Assembly (NCBI GenBank): GCA_026936335.1
Contig: JAPMXV010000005.1
Coordinates: 62,001 to 126,000 of the forward strand
Direction of reading: 5' to 3'
DNA from: Mantamonas sphyraenae STR306
Lineage: Eukaryota; Protista; CRuMs
DNA length: 64,000 nucleotides
Part shown: piece after piece, positions 22,274-33,541 of the stretch
How the letters are laid out: each line of letters starts with the position of its first letter
Position numbering within the stretch: position 1 is the first letter of the stretch
The notes under the pieces: model-generated
What the model saw: only the letters and a program-made list of their open reading frames with translations
What the model was told of the DNA's origin: nothing
Databases searched by the model: none
Translations under genes and position numbers: made by a program

Positions 22274-23689
22274 ATGCGCTCAGCCTCCCTCTTCTCCCTC
22301 CTTTTCTTCCTCTTCATCGCCTGGTTCTACTATCGCCAGGTTGTGCACCGCACTGTGCTGCCTCCCATCGTCTGCACCTTGGCCAACGTCCAGCACGACC
22401 ACGCGGCGATCTGGCTCCACGCAAACTCCGACCTCTCCCTGCACGCACGCATCCAAGGTCCACTCCTCAACCACACCCTCCGCCACTCCGTCCTTGCTTC
22501 GACACCATCCACCTTGTCCATACCCTCTCTGCGGCCAAACACAACCTACACCCTCCACATTGCCGCCGACTCTGCACAGCCACCCCTCTACTGCCCTCCC
22601 ATTCACATCCACACCCGTCCACCACCCAACCACCCGTCCCGCGTCCAGCTCCTCTTTGCCTCCTGCGTCATGCCTCTGCCCTGGCCCATGGATGCGCTCC
22701 CAGCCTTTCGCACATGGACACGCTTTGCACAGGAGACCCGTGTTGACGCCTCTCTCGGCCTCATCACAGGAGACAACGTCTATGTCGATCTCCCTAACCA
22801 TCTCCCGCCATCCGAGGCCTATCTCAGGCTGTACGATCACCCGGACTGGCGAACCGCTGCTCAACAACTCCCCCTCGCCCACCAGTACGACGACCACGAA
22901 CTCGCAAACAACTACGATCGTGGCACAGGCACCCAACTATGGAACTCTCACATGAGCGCCTACGACGCCTTTCTGGGCGCTCGCAACCCACCATCGGTGC
23001 GCAAGGGCACTCGGTATTTCAACACCACCCTCGGTGCGGTCGCTCTCTTTGTGCTCGACACGCGCCAGTTTCGCGACTCCAACCATGCAGAAAACACAGA
23101 AGCCAAACAGATGCTTGGCGCACAGCAGTTGGACGACCTCAAGGCTTGGCTGAAAGACACGGATGCGTTTCCCCTGCGCATGGTTGTCTCCTCCGTTGCA
23201 TTGACCCACAACGTCGGTGACATCGGCGATGGTTGGTGGATGTTTCCTCATCAGCGCCAGGACCTTCTTCGCCTCCTCAATGCCCATCAGACCATGGACG
23301 CACGCATCGTCCTGCTCTCCGGTGACATGCATTGGAGCGGCGTGTTCTCCCTCAATCACGGCCACTACGACCCACCCCTGCTTGAATTCAGCGTCTCACC
23401 CCTCGCTGCACCTCTGCCTCTGTCCTCATGGCACACCGTCACAAACTCCACCGTCAACCCGGCCAAACAGATCGGCCCCTTCGCCGACGCAACTCTGTTC
23501 TCCGACGACGCCGGAATGTTTTCTGGCCGCTGGCTCGTCGACACAGCCTCCCCACATGCCACAGCCACCTTTCAGTTGTACAAATATGGGCTCAACTCCC
23601 TTCACAGCCCGGCCCTCGTCCATTCGCACCTCCTTCCACTCCGCCAACCAAACCAATCGCCTGAGGCTGGACGGGAGATCGATGAGTGA
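22274..23689 (+). CDS. phoD: PhoD-like alkaline phosphatase/phosphodiesterase with signal anchor
   Basis: LFASC, GDNVYVD, QYDDHELANNY, LDTRQFRD, MLGAQQLDDLKAWL, LSGDMHW; hydrophobic N-terminus. Confidence 0.88.
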   Translation: MRSASLFSLLFFLFIAWFYYRQVVHRTVLPPIVCTLANVQHDHAAIWLHANSDLSLHARIQGPLLNHTLRHSVLASTPSTLSIPSLRPNTTYTLHIAADSAQPPLYCPPIHIHTRPPPNHPSRVQLLFASCVMPLPWPMDALPAFRTWTRFAQETRVDASLGLITGDNVYVDLPNHLPPSEAYLRLYDHPDWRTAAQQLPLAHQYDDHELANNYDRGTGTQLWNSHMSAYDAFLGARNPPSVRKGTRYFNTTLGAVALFVLDTRQFRDSNHAENTEAKQMLGAQQLDDLKAWLKDTDAFPLRMVVSSVALTHNVGDIGDGWWMFPHQRQDLLRLLNAHQTMDARIVLLSGDMHWSGVFSLNHGHYDPPLLEFSVSPLAAPLPLSSWHTVTNSTVNPAKQIGPFADATLFSDDAGMFSGRWLVDTASPHATATFQLYKYGLNSLHSPALVHSHLLPLRQPNQSPEAGREIDE

Positions 23690-26600
23690 CGGAGAATCAA
23701 AGCGGTTGTCCGATCGCATGTGCAAGTATTTTTGCACCGTCGGTGTTTCACACGACATCAAACCCGAATCCCGTGTCCAACAAGGTCCGTGTCCCTTTGC
23801 CCCCGCGTCTCTCAATCTCTCCACTCGCTTCATCTCCACCCCTGCACGCACACAAACACGCTCGTCGTGCATAGCCATCGCCATCTCTGCATTTATGTCC
23901 ATTTGACGCTCCAATGCCTGTCTGGCGTGTGCGTCACCTTCCTCCTCGCCTCGCTGTGCGCCCTCGGCCACCTTCCCTCCCGCGCACGATTCTTCCTTCA
24001 TCTCAGCCCGGCCTCTCAGCCCGGCCTGCCTTGTCTTCCCTCTCACACAGCCCATCCTCCTCACACTGCCACTGTGCCACACTGCAACGACCCCACACAG
24101 AATCTGTACAATCCCATCCGCTTCAGGTTGTCTTCTCCTCGCGCATTTTGACGCAGTACCCACCCAACCAAAAGAAGGACCCCATCCCTCCGCAGCTGTC
24201 CACCTTTTGCTTCCCCAAGGGTATCCGCCTGTCCACAACTGCCCATGAGCCGACGCTCACCAACCTCGTCCTCACCGACGTCGCCGGAGACAAGTTCTAC
24301 GGTGCCGCCCTTACGCTGTGGGAACCCTTGGACGACGAGCAGTACGAAGCTGTGTTTGAACTGGACGAGCCCGAGATACGCTCAGCCAGCATGGACGTGC
24401 GACGCACCTCCATGGACGGTTCTTCCCTCTCTGCAGACACCAGCAGTGCCCTTTCCACACGAGCCAGCGTCAGCGTCGACGTCTCCTCCACCGCACCGCT
24501 CGCTGTCCTTGTCGAAGAGTCCCCTCGTGCACCCACCACCCAGCATCCCCTCGAAGGCATCCGCAAAGTCACTCCCAGCAAACCTCGACGCTCCGCCCCT
24601 CCAGCCCCTCCCAGCGACGACCAACACGACCCGTCCCTGCCTGTCGACGAGGAAGAGCGCCATAGACGTCGCCTTCTCCACGTGGCTGACGACAGCCCAA
24701 TTGCCTTCCGTTCCCGCTCCAAGTCATATCTCAAGCAGCAGGACGAGTTGCGCGCTGCCGCCGCCGCACAGGAGGAAAGCAGCCAGCCCGACGATTCGTT
24801 CACGCTCGGTGACGACAGCAGCGCAGACGACACAGCTGCCACCACCTCCACTTCTGTCGCCTCTACTGCCTCCCCTTTGCCCTCTGTGGACGATGCAACT
24901 GCCGCAGGCGGCTCTTCCACGCCTTCGTCACCTGCCGACGACGCTCCACGACAACGCCGCACACACACTCGCTCTCGCTCGGAACTGAGTGGACGCGCAG
25001 CACGCCGTGCACGCAGCACAGTGGACATGTCACGCCACAGGAGCAGTGGCCTTTTGCAACCCGAGGACAATGGAAGCGAGCCCGGCGACGATGACGCAAT
25101 CGACAACATCGGCTACGCCGGCGACGAGGAGGGCGCGGATGCACCCGCTTCCCCAGAGGGCACACGCGACATTGCCAGTGCGGACAATATCGAAATCAGA
25201 TTGGAGGAAGCCACTCCAGGGAAGGACACTGCGGCGGCGACGCACTCTGACGACAGCAAGCGCACAGGTGCATCATCGCCCTCTGCTTCGCCACGCGCAT
25301 CACACGAGTCACAACGCAAGCTCGAGCCAATTGCCACGGGCAAGGGTGTCTTGCAACAGCGTTCGCGAAGGCGGTACAAATACCCTGTGCTGTATGCACC
25401 CAAGTGTCTATGCCTGCTCTCCCACCACCCGTCGTACTCGGCCTTCAACGAGTGCCTCCGCAGACTCTACCTGGACATGCAGGAGGCCGAAGAGGACGCT
25501 CGCCGAGGCAGCGTCAACATGACTGTTGCCCTCGACAACCTCATTGCCTATCGCAAGCAGATGACTCTGGCTCGCTTTGTGCACTATCTCGTCCATGTTG
25601 TTCCTGCCGCTCCGTTTGACGGCAACGAACTCGTGCGCTTCAGCATCGGTGCCGACCGACCACCCATCACCCTGTACAATCCCCCTCCCACGGCCTATCC
25701 GCACCTCGACTTTTCCTTGCGCACCTTGTTCAAGTGCATCACCGTGCCCAATGTCATCACCCTCGTCACCTGTATGCTCACCGAGCGCAAGATCGTCCTC
25801 CACTCTCGCAAGCAGAGCCTTCTCACACGCATTGCTGAAAGCCTCCGCTTCCTCCTCTACCCGTTCAAGTGGTCCCAAGTGTATGTCCCTGTTCTCAGCT
25901 ACCAGCTGCTCGACTTTCTCGAAGCCCCAACCCCGTACATCATGGGCATCGACACAGCACACCTCGACGCCATCGCCTACCTCCCGTCCGTCGTCATCTG
26001 CGACCTCGACAACAACACCGTGGACATCCGCACAGCCAGCGACCAGGACGGCCTCGGAGGCGACACTCCGTACTGTCCCATTCCGGAACCAGAAGCAAGC
26101 TCTCTCCAGCAGGGTCTCCTGGAGTTGCTCCAGCCGGAACTCCAGTTTGCCGATCTCGCCTTTGCGCCAAAGGCTGCCAGCCGCTCCCACTTTGCCGTCG
26201 TGGACGACAGCATGGAGTCGCGTGTCGAGTTCAACCTCGCTGTCCAGGACCTGTTTGTGAGGTGCTACTCCTCCCTGCTGGTCAACTACCGCAAGTACAT
26301 CATCTACCTGCGCATCAACCCCAATTTCCCACGCAGGCGCACAGCCCTCTTCAACAAGACCACCTTTCTCAAATCTCTGGGCGACCGTGACCTAGGCTTT
26401 GTCACAGACTTCCTCGAGACCCAGGCATTCCTTTCCTTCATCGAGGAACACCGTTCGCCGCTCATCAACCCTTTCGATTATTACGTGCTCGCTCGCATCA
26501 TGGAGCAGCCCCTGCCCGAAACCAAGCCCCACTTTCACACACGCACCCAGGACCATATCGTCGCCGTGGCAGACGTGGCCAACCACTCGCACGGCCAACG

Positions 26601-29106
26601 CACACGTGACGAGCTGGACGCCCTCGTTGCAAAGGTCAACACACGGCACACAGGCACTGGGGGCAACAACACAAGCGGCCCTTCCAACCAGACTGGCTCG
26701 TCTAGCGGCCCTGCAGGCAGCCTTGCAGCAAGCGCCAGTGACGATGAGTCGTCCCTTGCCGACGACCAATCCAAGCGCCTGTCCACCTCCAGCTCTGTGT
26801 CCCAAGCTTCCTCCGTGTCCCAGAGTGCCCTTACGGCGGCTTTCAACAGCAACAGCGCCCTGTTTCACGAGTCACTGCGCTTCCCAGACGTGGATCCCAA
26901 GCTGGTCGAGGACATGGAGTGGCCCGACGCGCTGCACCACTTTGAGGACGACTTTGTGCCCGAGGCCAATCACATGCCCTTCCCGTCTCGGTACATGCCG
27001 CCCAAGTTCCAGAACGACGAGGACACGGACGACATCGAGGCCGACCTGAACATGATTGACGCCGCAGAGATGCTGGCTCGCTGTTTGGACCGCATTTTCG
27101 GCGGTTTCGGCGTGGACCAGATTACAAACACGGAGATTGTGGAAATCTGCGATCTGTTCAACCTCTCTTCGGGCCGCATGCACTTTGGGCGCATTTTGAC
27201 GCAGCAAAAGTCCAAGGAGGTGACGTCGCTGTCCACGGCAGCGTTCCGCATCCTTGCGCGCTTTGTCAATGCCATGCTGCAGCAGTGCAACGAACACCGT
27301 GACTACTACAGCGCAAACGTCATTGTGGGTCTTTTGTCCACGTTTCACCACTACGAGAATGGTGTGCCGCGCTTCCTACTGTCGCAGGTGAAGGATATCG
27401 ACCTGTTCCGCAACACCGAGTTCTGGGACTATGTGTTCAGTGACAACGTGGCAGGAAAGCTGCAGGAAAACACCGTGGATTCGCAAGAGGCCAAGGAGGA
27501 AATCATCTTCAACGAAATGGGCAGCTTTGCGTACTCCATGCTGAGCTTGGGCGTGACGCTGGAAACAGCCAAGGAGTTTATGAACAAGTGCTGCGACAAC
27601 TATGCGCTGGACGACGAGCGACGCGAGCTGATCATCCAGCTGGTGACAAACATGAGCCATGCCATCATGCTGAGTGAAAGCATGGAGGGAGGAAGCGGCG
27701 GCAGCGGAGGCGAGGATATCGGCGGCGCTCTGGGAGGCGGACAGGGGGCGCAGGGAGACAGTGACGCGGCCGGCAGACAAGGAAATGGCACGGGAGGTGC
27801 TGGAACGGCAGCGGGGTCCTCTGGTGGATCGTCGTCGTCTTCGTCGTCCTCGTCCTCGAACGCATCTACTGGAGGCAAGAGGTCTGGAGGCGAAAAGAGC
27901 CAGGAGGAGGGCGAAGAAAGCGAGTCAAGGTTCAAGTTTGCATTCCATTGGGGCCGCACAAAGGTGGAAAAGGGAAAGAGCAAGGAAGAGGAGCAGACTG
28001 CGGGCGGCGTGGTGTCGACCCAAGACGGACAATTTGAAGTGCACGCGCTCGAGTCGCACGGAGAAGGGATCACGCGCATTGAGATACGCAACGAGGTGTT
28101 TGTGTCGTCGTCGATGGACAGCACGATCAAGGTGTGGGATCTGAAGGAGGCGCGCAAGGTGCGGTCGCTTCGCCAGCACAAGGCTGGGGTCACAGACTTT
28201 CGCTTTCTGACAAACCGTGGGGACACGCTGCTGAGTTGTTCGCGTGACAAAACCTTGAAGCTGTGGGATATCAACAAGAAGAAGCCGCTGCGCACGCTGA
28301 GTGGGCACAAGGGTGGGGTGGAGTGCATTGCGCTGTCGCTGGACGACGTCAACGTGGCGAGCGGGAGTGCGGATAAGACGATGCGGCTGTGGGATGTGAC
28401 GCAAGGAAAGAACGTGGTGACGTGTGTGGGCCACACAGACGTGGTGTCCTGCATCCAGATGGAGGAGGAGAAGCGGAAGCAGGTGTTGACAGGTTCGTAC
28501 GACGGCGTGATTCGTGTGTGGGACATGCGCAGCGGACAATGTGTGCAGAGTGTGGAGGAACACAAGGGTCAGGTGGCGTGCATGGCCATGGACCAAGACC
28601 AGGTTGTGTTCTCAGGCGACTCGTTGGGCGTGGTGCTTGTACACGAGCCACGCATGAACTACGAAGTGGTGCACCGGCTGGAAGGGCACGAAGGAGCTGT
28701 GACCACGCTATTGCCGATTATGTTTGACAGCAAACTGGTGAGTGCAAGTGCAGGCAAACACAACAACCTGATCCAGTGGGATTTGGTTGCAGACAATCCG
28801 CAGAGCGACAACGTCGTGTACTACGAGGGTCACAGTGGCAGCGTGAACTGTGTGGTGTCATCTGGGCCCGACCTGCTTATCAGCGGCTCGTCAGACTCGA
28901 CACTGCGTTTGTGGGACCGGTCCACTGGAGATGCGGGCGGCATGTACGACAGCCTGGGCGAGAGTGTGGCGTGTCTTGCAGCGTCGATGGTACGCGGCAA
29001 GATTGTCAGCGGCGGCGGCGATCGGGGCAAGCTGAAACTATGGCAGATGTCCAAGCTGCGCATGGGTGGCGGCAAGGAGAAGAAGAAGACGGAGGAGAAG
29101 AGCTGA
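23682..29106 (+). CDS. DENN-domain Rab GEF with C-terminal WD40 propeller (SCD1/DENND3-like architecture)
   Basis: Exon 23682 (or 23718)-23784, intron to 24100, then exon 24101-29106. uDENN KYFCTVG and FCFPKG; YAPKCLCLLSHHP; cDENN LTERKIVLHS, LYPFKWSQVYVPVL, LEAPTPYIMG; dDENN FLETQAFLSFI; multiple GH..WD repeats. Confidence 0.9.
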
Positions 29107-29145
29107 GATGGATGGAATGCAATGTTCATGTTTGTGAATGGCAGA

Positions 29146-29146
<1 letters not shown>

Positions 29147-29180
<34 letters not shown>
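29147..29180. repeat. (TG)n microsatellite in a convergent intergenic gap
   Basis: Perfect TG run between the DENN and F-BAR stops. Confidence 0.95.
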
Positions 29181-29181
<1 letters not shown>

Positions 29182-29192
29182 ATGTGATGCGA

Positions 29193-31449
29193 TCAGATGC
29201 GCTGCACGTAGTTTGCGGGCACATAGCCTGTACTGGCGCCGTCTTGGCGGACAATGGTGGCCCATCCGTTGCCGTCGTCTTCAGAGACGAGATCGAAAAC
29301 GTCACCCTCGTTCATGGACACCTCTGCGGGGTCCTGGGCTTCGTAGGCGTAGAGCGCCTGGACACGAGGCACATCTGCGGCTGCGGGTGCCTCGTCGTAC
29401 GGCTGTTCCGCAGTCTGGTCGTACTGCTGGTCGTAAGCGCCCTGATCATAGCCTGTGTCGAAGGAGCCTGGCTCGTAATAGTTGCCCTGGGCATCGACGT
29501 AGCCTCCCTGCTCGTCGTAGTAGCCTCCCTGCTCGTCATACTGCGGTTCCCAGCCGGGGGAAGCGGCAGCGCTGCTACTGCTGCTTCCGGGTTCTGGCTC
29601 AGGCTCAGGCTCGGGAGGCATTTCGCCACCGAGAGCCATGAGCAGCTCGATGGCTGCGTTGAGGTCAGCCTCCATGCCAGAGATCTTGACGTTGATGTCG
29701 GCAATCTCCTTGTTGACCTTGTCGGCCTCCTCCGGGTTGTTGGCGTACATTTGGAGGAGGGACTCCATGCCCGAAATGGTCTTTTGCTCGGCAGCGATGG
29801 CTTTGCGCTTCTTGATGATCTTGTTCTGGCAGCGCTCGATTTTGACGTCGTTGGGCAGCTCGTCCTCGGTGATGACGATGCCGGCCGAGGTGGAGTGTCC
29901 CGTGCCCAGCTTCACCCCGGTCAGGTTTGCAGACAGGAGCACACTCTTGCGATGGTCGGGATAGGACTTTTTGATGACAGACTGGCCGTCTTCGTTGCCG
30001 TGCTGGACAAAGAGGATTTCACCCGGCGGAGTGCTGTCTGTGCGGTTCTCCTGCACAAACTGCAGCAAGTCGGCGCTGACATCGATTGCCTCGGTGTTGG
30101 CCTCCATGGCCGCTGTGCTCTCGGTGTAGGTGGGACCGAGCTGAGAGGTGATTTGCACAAACGTACGACTGAAGGCCTGCAACGTGCGAATGCGTGACGC
30201 CTCAAACTCTTCAAACTGTTTGAGCAGGTGTGGAAGGTCGTTGGTAAAGAACTGCAGCTGCTGTTCGTTGATGAGGACCACGCTGTCGCGGTACTCGGCC
30301 TCGGCTTGTTCCTTTGCCTGCTGCGCCTTTTCTGCATGCTGCTGGGACTATTGGCAAGGGAGGGGCAGGCACAGCGGGTTAGTACATGCATGAAGGAAGT
30401 GCAAGTGACGTGTAACTTTGCGTTTCGGGCGTGTGAAGCTCGCGGGGAAGCGGAGTGTGCCTTTCCATCAGAAACGTACCCTGCGCAGCTTGTCCTCTTT
30501 GGTCTTTGTGCTGGAGCGGTCGCGCTCGTAGGCATGGTCGGCTGCATCGGAAGCCTGTGCAAGGGACTCGTAGTGTTTGCGGACCTGTGGGTGGGCGGAG
30601 GGCAGTGTGAGGACCATTGACAGCGAGAGCAAGGCGCGGGCCGGGAGAAAGGAGGATTTGCCGAGGGGCAGCTGTGGAGACAAGGCGCAACAGGGGAGTG
30701 AGACACACCGGCGTACCTTTTCGTGTTGCTGCAGATCGGCTTCGTACTGTTTGCCTGCCTTGATGCCGTCAGCAACCATGTTCTTGCGCTCGTTCTCCTT
30801 GATTTTGACAAACTCGGTGATGGGACGCACGACGTCGCTGAGAACGAGGTCGGCGTGCGTGCTGTGTGCATCACTGATGATGTCGAGCTGGTCCACAATG
30901 GTGTCCCAGGCAGTGCGCATGGTGCTACACAGCGGCGGGCAAGTGCAGGATGACATGCTGGTGTGAGCGGGTGTGGGAAGGCAGCGAACACGACCGAGAG
31001 GGACGCACAGAAAAGCCACCGGCTGCACGAGGGCCGCTGGACCACGACAGCGCCTGTTTGGGCTCGTGTGCGCACATGCACCGCCTCTACTCACCCTGTT
31101 TCGTTCTCCATGATGATCTTGGAGGAGAAGCGGCCCTTGGAAGCAGCATCCTTGGCCACTTTCTTCAGCGCCTTGCCATACTCGGATTCGATCTCGCTTA
31201 CCTTCTTGAAGAAGGCGGCCACGTCCTTGAAGTTGTTCAGACCCTTGTCCGTGTGATCGCAGAGCATAGGAAAGCCATCCTGTGAGGTGTGCATGGGCGT
31301 GGGCACAGCAACGAGGGCGGGGGGTACCGGGGCGGCACAGGTGTCAGCGACGTTTTCGGCTGTGCAGGCCGGCATGCAGCGGCCACCGGGGCAGACAGGA
31401 CGATGTCGAGTATGTGTGAACCTACCCAAAACTCCGAGGCAAAGTTCAT
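29193..31449 (-). CDS. F-BAR (FCH) plus HR1-like coiled coil plus SH3 protein (CIP4/FNBP1/Toca-like)
   Basis: Exons 31449-31426, 31279-31095, 30924-30717, 30584-30480, 30347-29193. MNFASEFWDGF..FFKKVSEIESEYGKALKKV; SH3 ALYAYEAQDPAEVSMNEGD..GWA..GYVPANYVQRI. Confidence 0.88.
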
Positions 31450-31519
31450 TTTTTTCGTACGAGGAGGTTGCGCTTGAGAGTTGTCGAATTGTGGTGCACA
31501 CCGCCGCGGCGCCGGGCGA

Positions 31520-33528
31520 TCACTTCTTCTTGGACTTGCCCTTCTTGGTTGACTTGGACTTGGAGGAAGAGGAGGCCTTGGTGCTGCTCTTTCCTTTGGT
31601 CTTGCCCTTGCCTTTGGTGGCCTTGCTCTTGCCCTTTCCCTTTACCTTCTTTCCCTTCTTCTTCAGCTTCTCGCCCGCCTTCAATAATCCAGCCAGATGC
31701 TTCATGTGCTCCACACGCTGCCTGGCCTGGTGGCCACGCACCACCGCTTGCACCCTCGTCGCCGCCTCGTCGTACTTCTTGCGCTCTTTGAACTTGGGGT
31801 TCACCGGATCGTCCGGCACAGCCGTACCCTCTGCGATCAGGTCCACCACCTTGTTTGCCCTCCACTTGGCTTCGATGCGTTCTCCGTTTGCGTCTGTATG
31901 GTGGTGAGGAGGTGTGATTTTTGGGTGTCAGTGAGGGGGATTCGCTTCGCCCTGTGGTGTGTCTCGTCTCCCTTCCAAGCTCTCTCCGCCTCCGTCCGTC
32001 TTTGTCTCGTCGCCCTCCTCCTCCTCCTCTTTCTTCTCCTCCTCCCTGTTGCCCCGTGACGAGGTCTCTTTCCTCTGACAACTCACAAAAGTAGCAGCCC
32101 CAGCCGGTGCGTTCTCCGTGCTCCCACTCGCCGATGTACAAATCGCCCTTCCACTGCCCTGAGCCGTACAGTTGCTTGCCTTCGCCGTGGCGTTCGTCTT
32201 CAAACCAGTCGCCGTCGTACTGGTTGCCCTGGTCGTCCACAAAGGTGCCCTTGCCGTGGCGTTTGCCCATGTTCCATTCGCCGTCATACACGGCACCTGT
32301 GGCCCACACCAGCTTCCCCTTGTTGTTGGGGATCCCTCGTGCCACTTCTCCCTCATATCGATCGCCGTTGGGCCACGTCTTGACGCCCTCACCCGTTGCG
32401 CGGCCCTCCTGAAACTCGCCCACGTACAGCGTGCCATCAGCACTGTGTGTGGCGCAGTGGTCACATGCGAGCGTAGTCACACATCCAATCAGCCCCGTTG
32501 TGTGCATGTGAGTGTGTATGTGTGGTGTGCGTGTGTGTATGCGTGTGAGTGTGCGTGTGTGTGAGCGTGTGTGTGTCGACGTGTGTCAGCGTCAAATGCC
32601 AACCAGCGGGTTCCTGCCTCCCACTCCTCCAACATACGACTGGTAGGCACCCTGACCGTGACGCAGTCCATCGACGTATTCGCCCTCGTACTTGTCGCCG
32701 TTGGCGAACCGTTCCTGGCCGTGTCCCCATTGTTTGTTGTCTCGCCAGGCACTGTGAGCCGGGAATGGGAAAACGGTTGTTAGACACCGCGTCGGATGCA
32801 GGGCGGTAAGGAAGGGCAATCGGGCACATGGCCAAGCACATGGCCAGGCACAGATGGCTTGTGTGTGCCTGGCCATGTTGCAACACGCTCGCATGACCTT
32901 GGGTGGGAGCTTGCAAAGGGCAAATGTCTGCCTGCGACGCAACGGCCACCTGCGGTGTGCGTCTTTGCCTCCACAGGCTCCCTCGAGGCAATGCAACGCC
33001 CGATGGGCTGCACAAATGCAACATCGCACATGCAGTTGTGTTTTGCGTGTGTGGAAATCCTCCTACGAGACGTACCCTTTGTACACAGCGTCCTCGGAGT
33101 ACTTGTACGTGCCCTGGCCGTGGCGTTTCCCTTGCACAAAGTCGCCCTCGTACACTTGGCCCGAATTGAAGGTGAACACGCCATAGCCGTGGCGCTTTCC
33201 CTCGACTGGATTCGGTAACACCGGCGTGGATGCGGCCAAACGGGTGTCAGCGGCGCCAAACAAGCAGGGCGGAAGAAACGCACAAACACAAACGAGAGAA
33301 ATGGGCGTTGACGAGTGGTCCTCGTCACGGCGCAGCCGCTGTCCCACGAGAGATGGGGCGTGTGGAAACACATGGACGGCGGGGCACACAGCACATGGTG
33401 GGGGGCAGAGGGGAACGGGCTTGCCTGGGCATGCACACGCGTGTCCACGTACCAATCATGCCCTCGTAAACGCCGTGGGCATCCTTCAGCGAGCCCTTGT
33501 ACGCTTTGGACATGTCCACCTCGGCCAT
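31520..33528 (-). CDS. MORN-repeat protein with IQ motif and Lys-rich tail
   Basis: Five exons joined in frame. Repeats such as YEGDFVQGKRHGQGTY, YDGEWNMGKRHGKG and YDGDWFEDERHGEG; IQ motif AATRVQAVVRGHQARQ. Confidence 0.85.
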
Positions 33529-33541
33529 CTTGCCCACCAAA

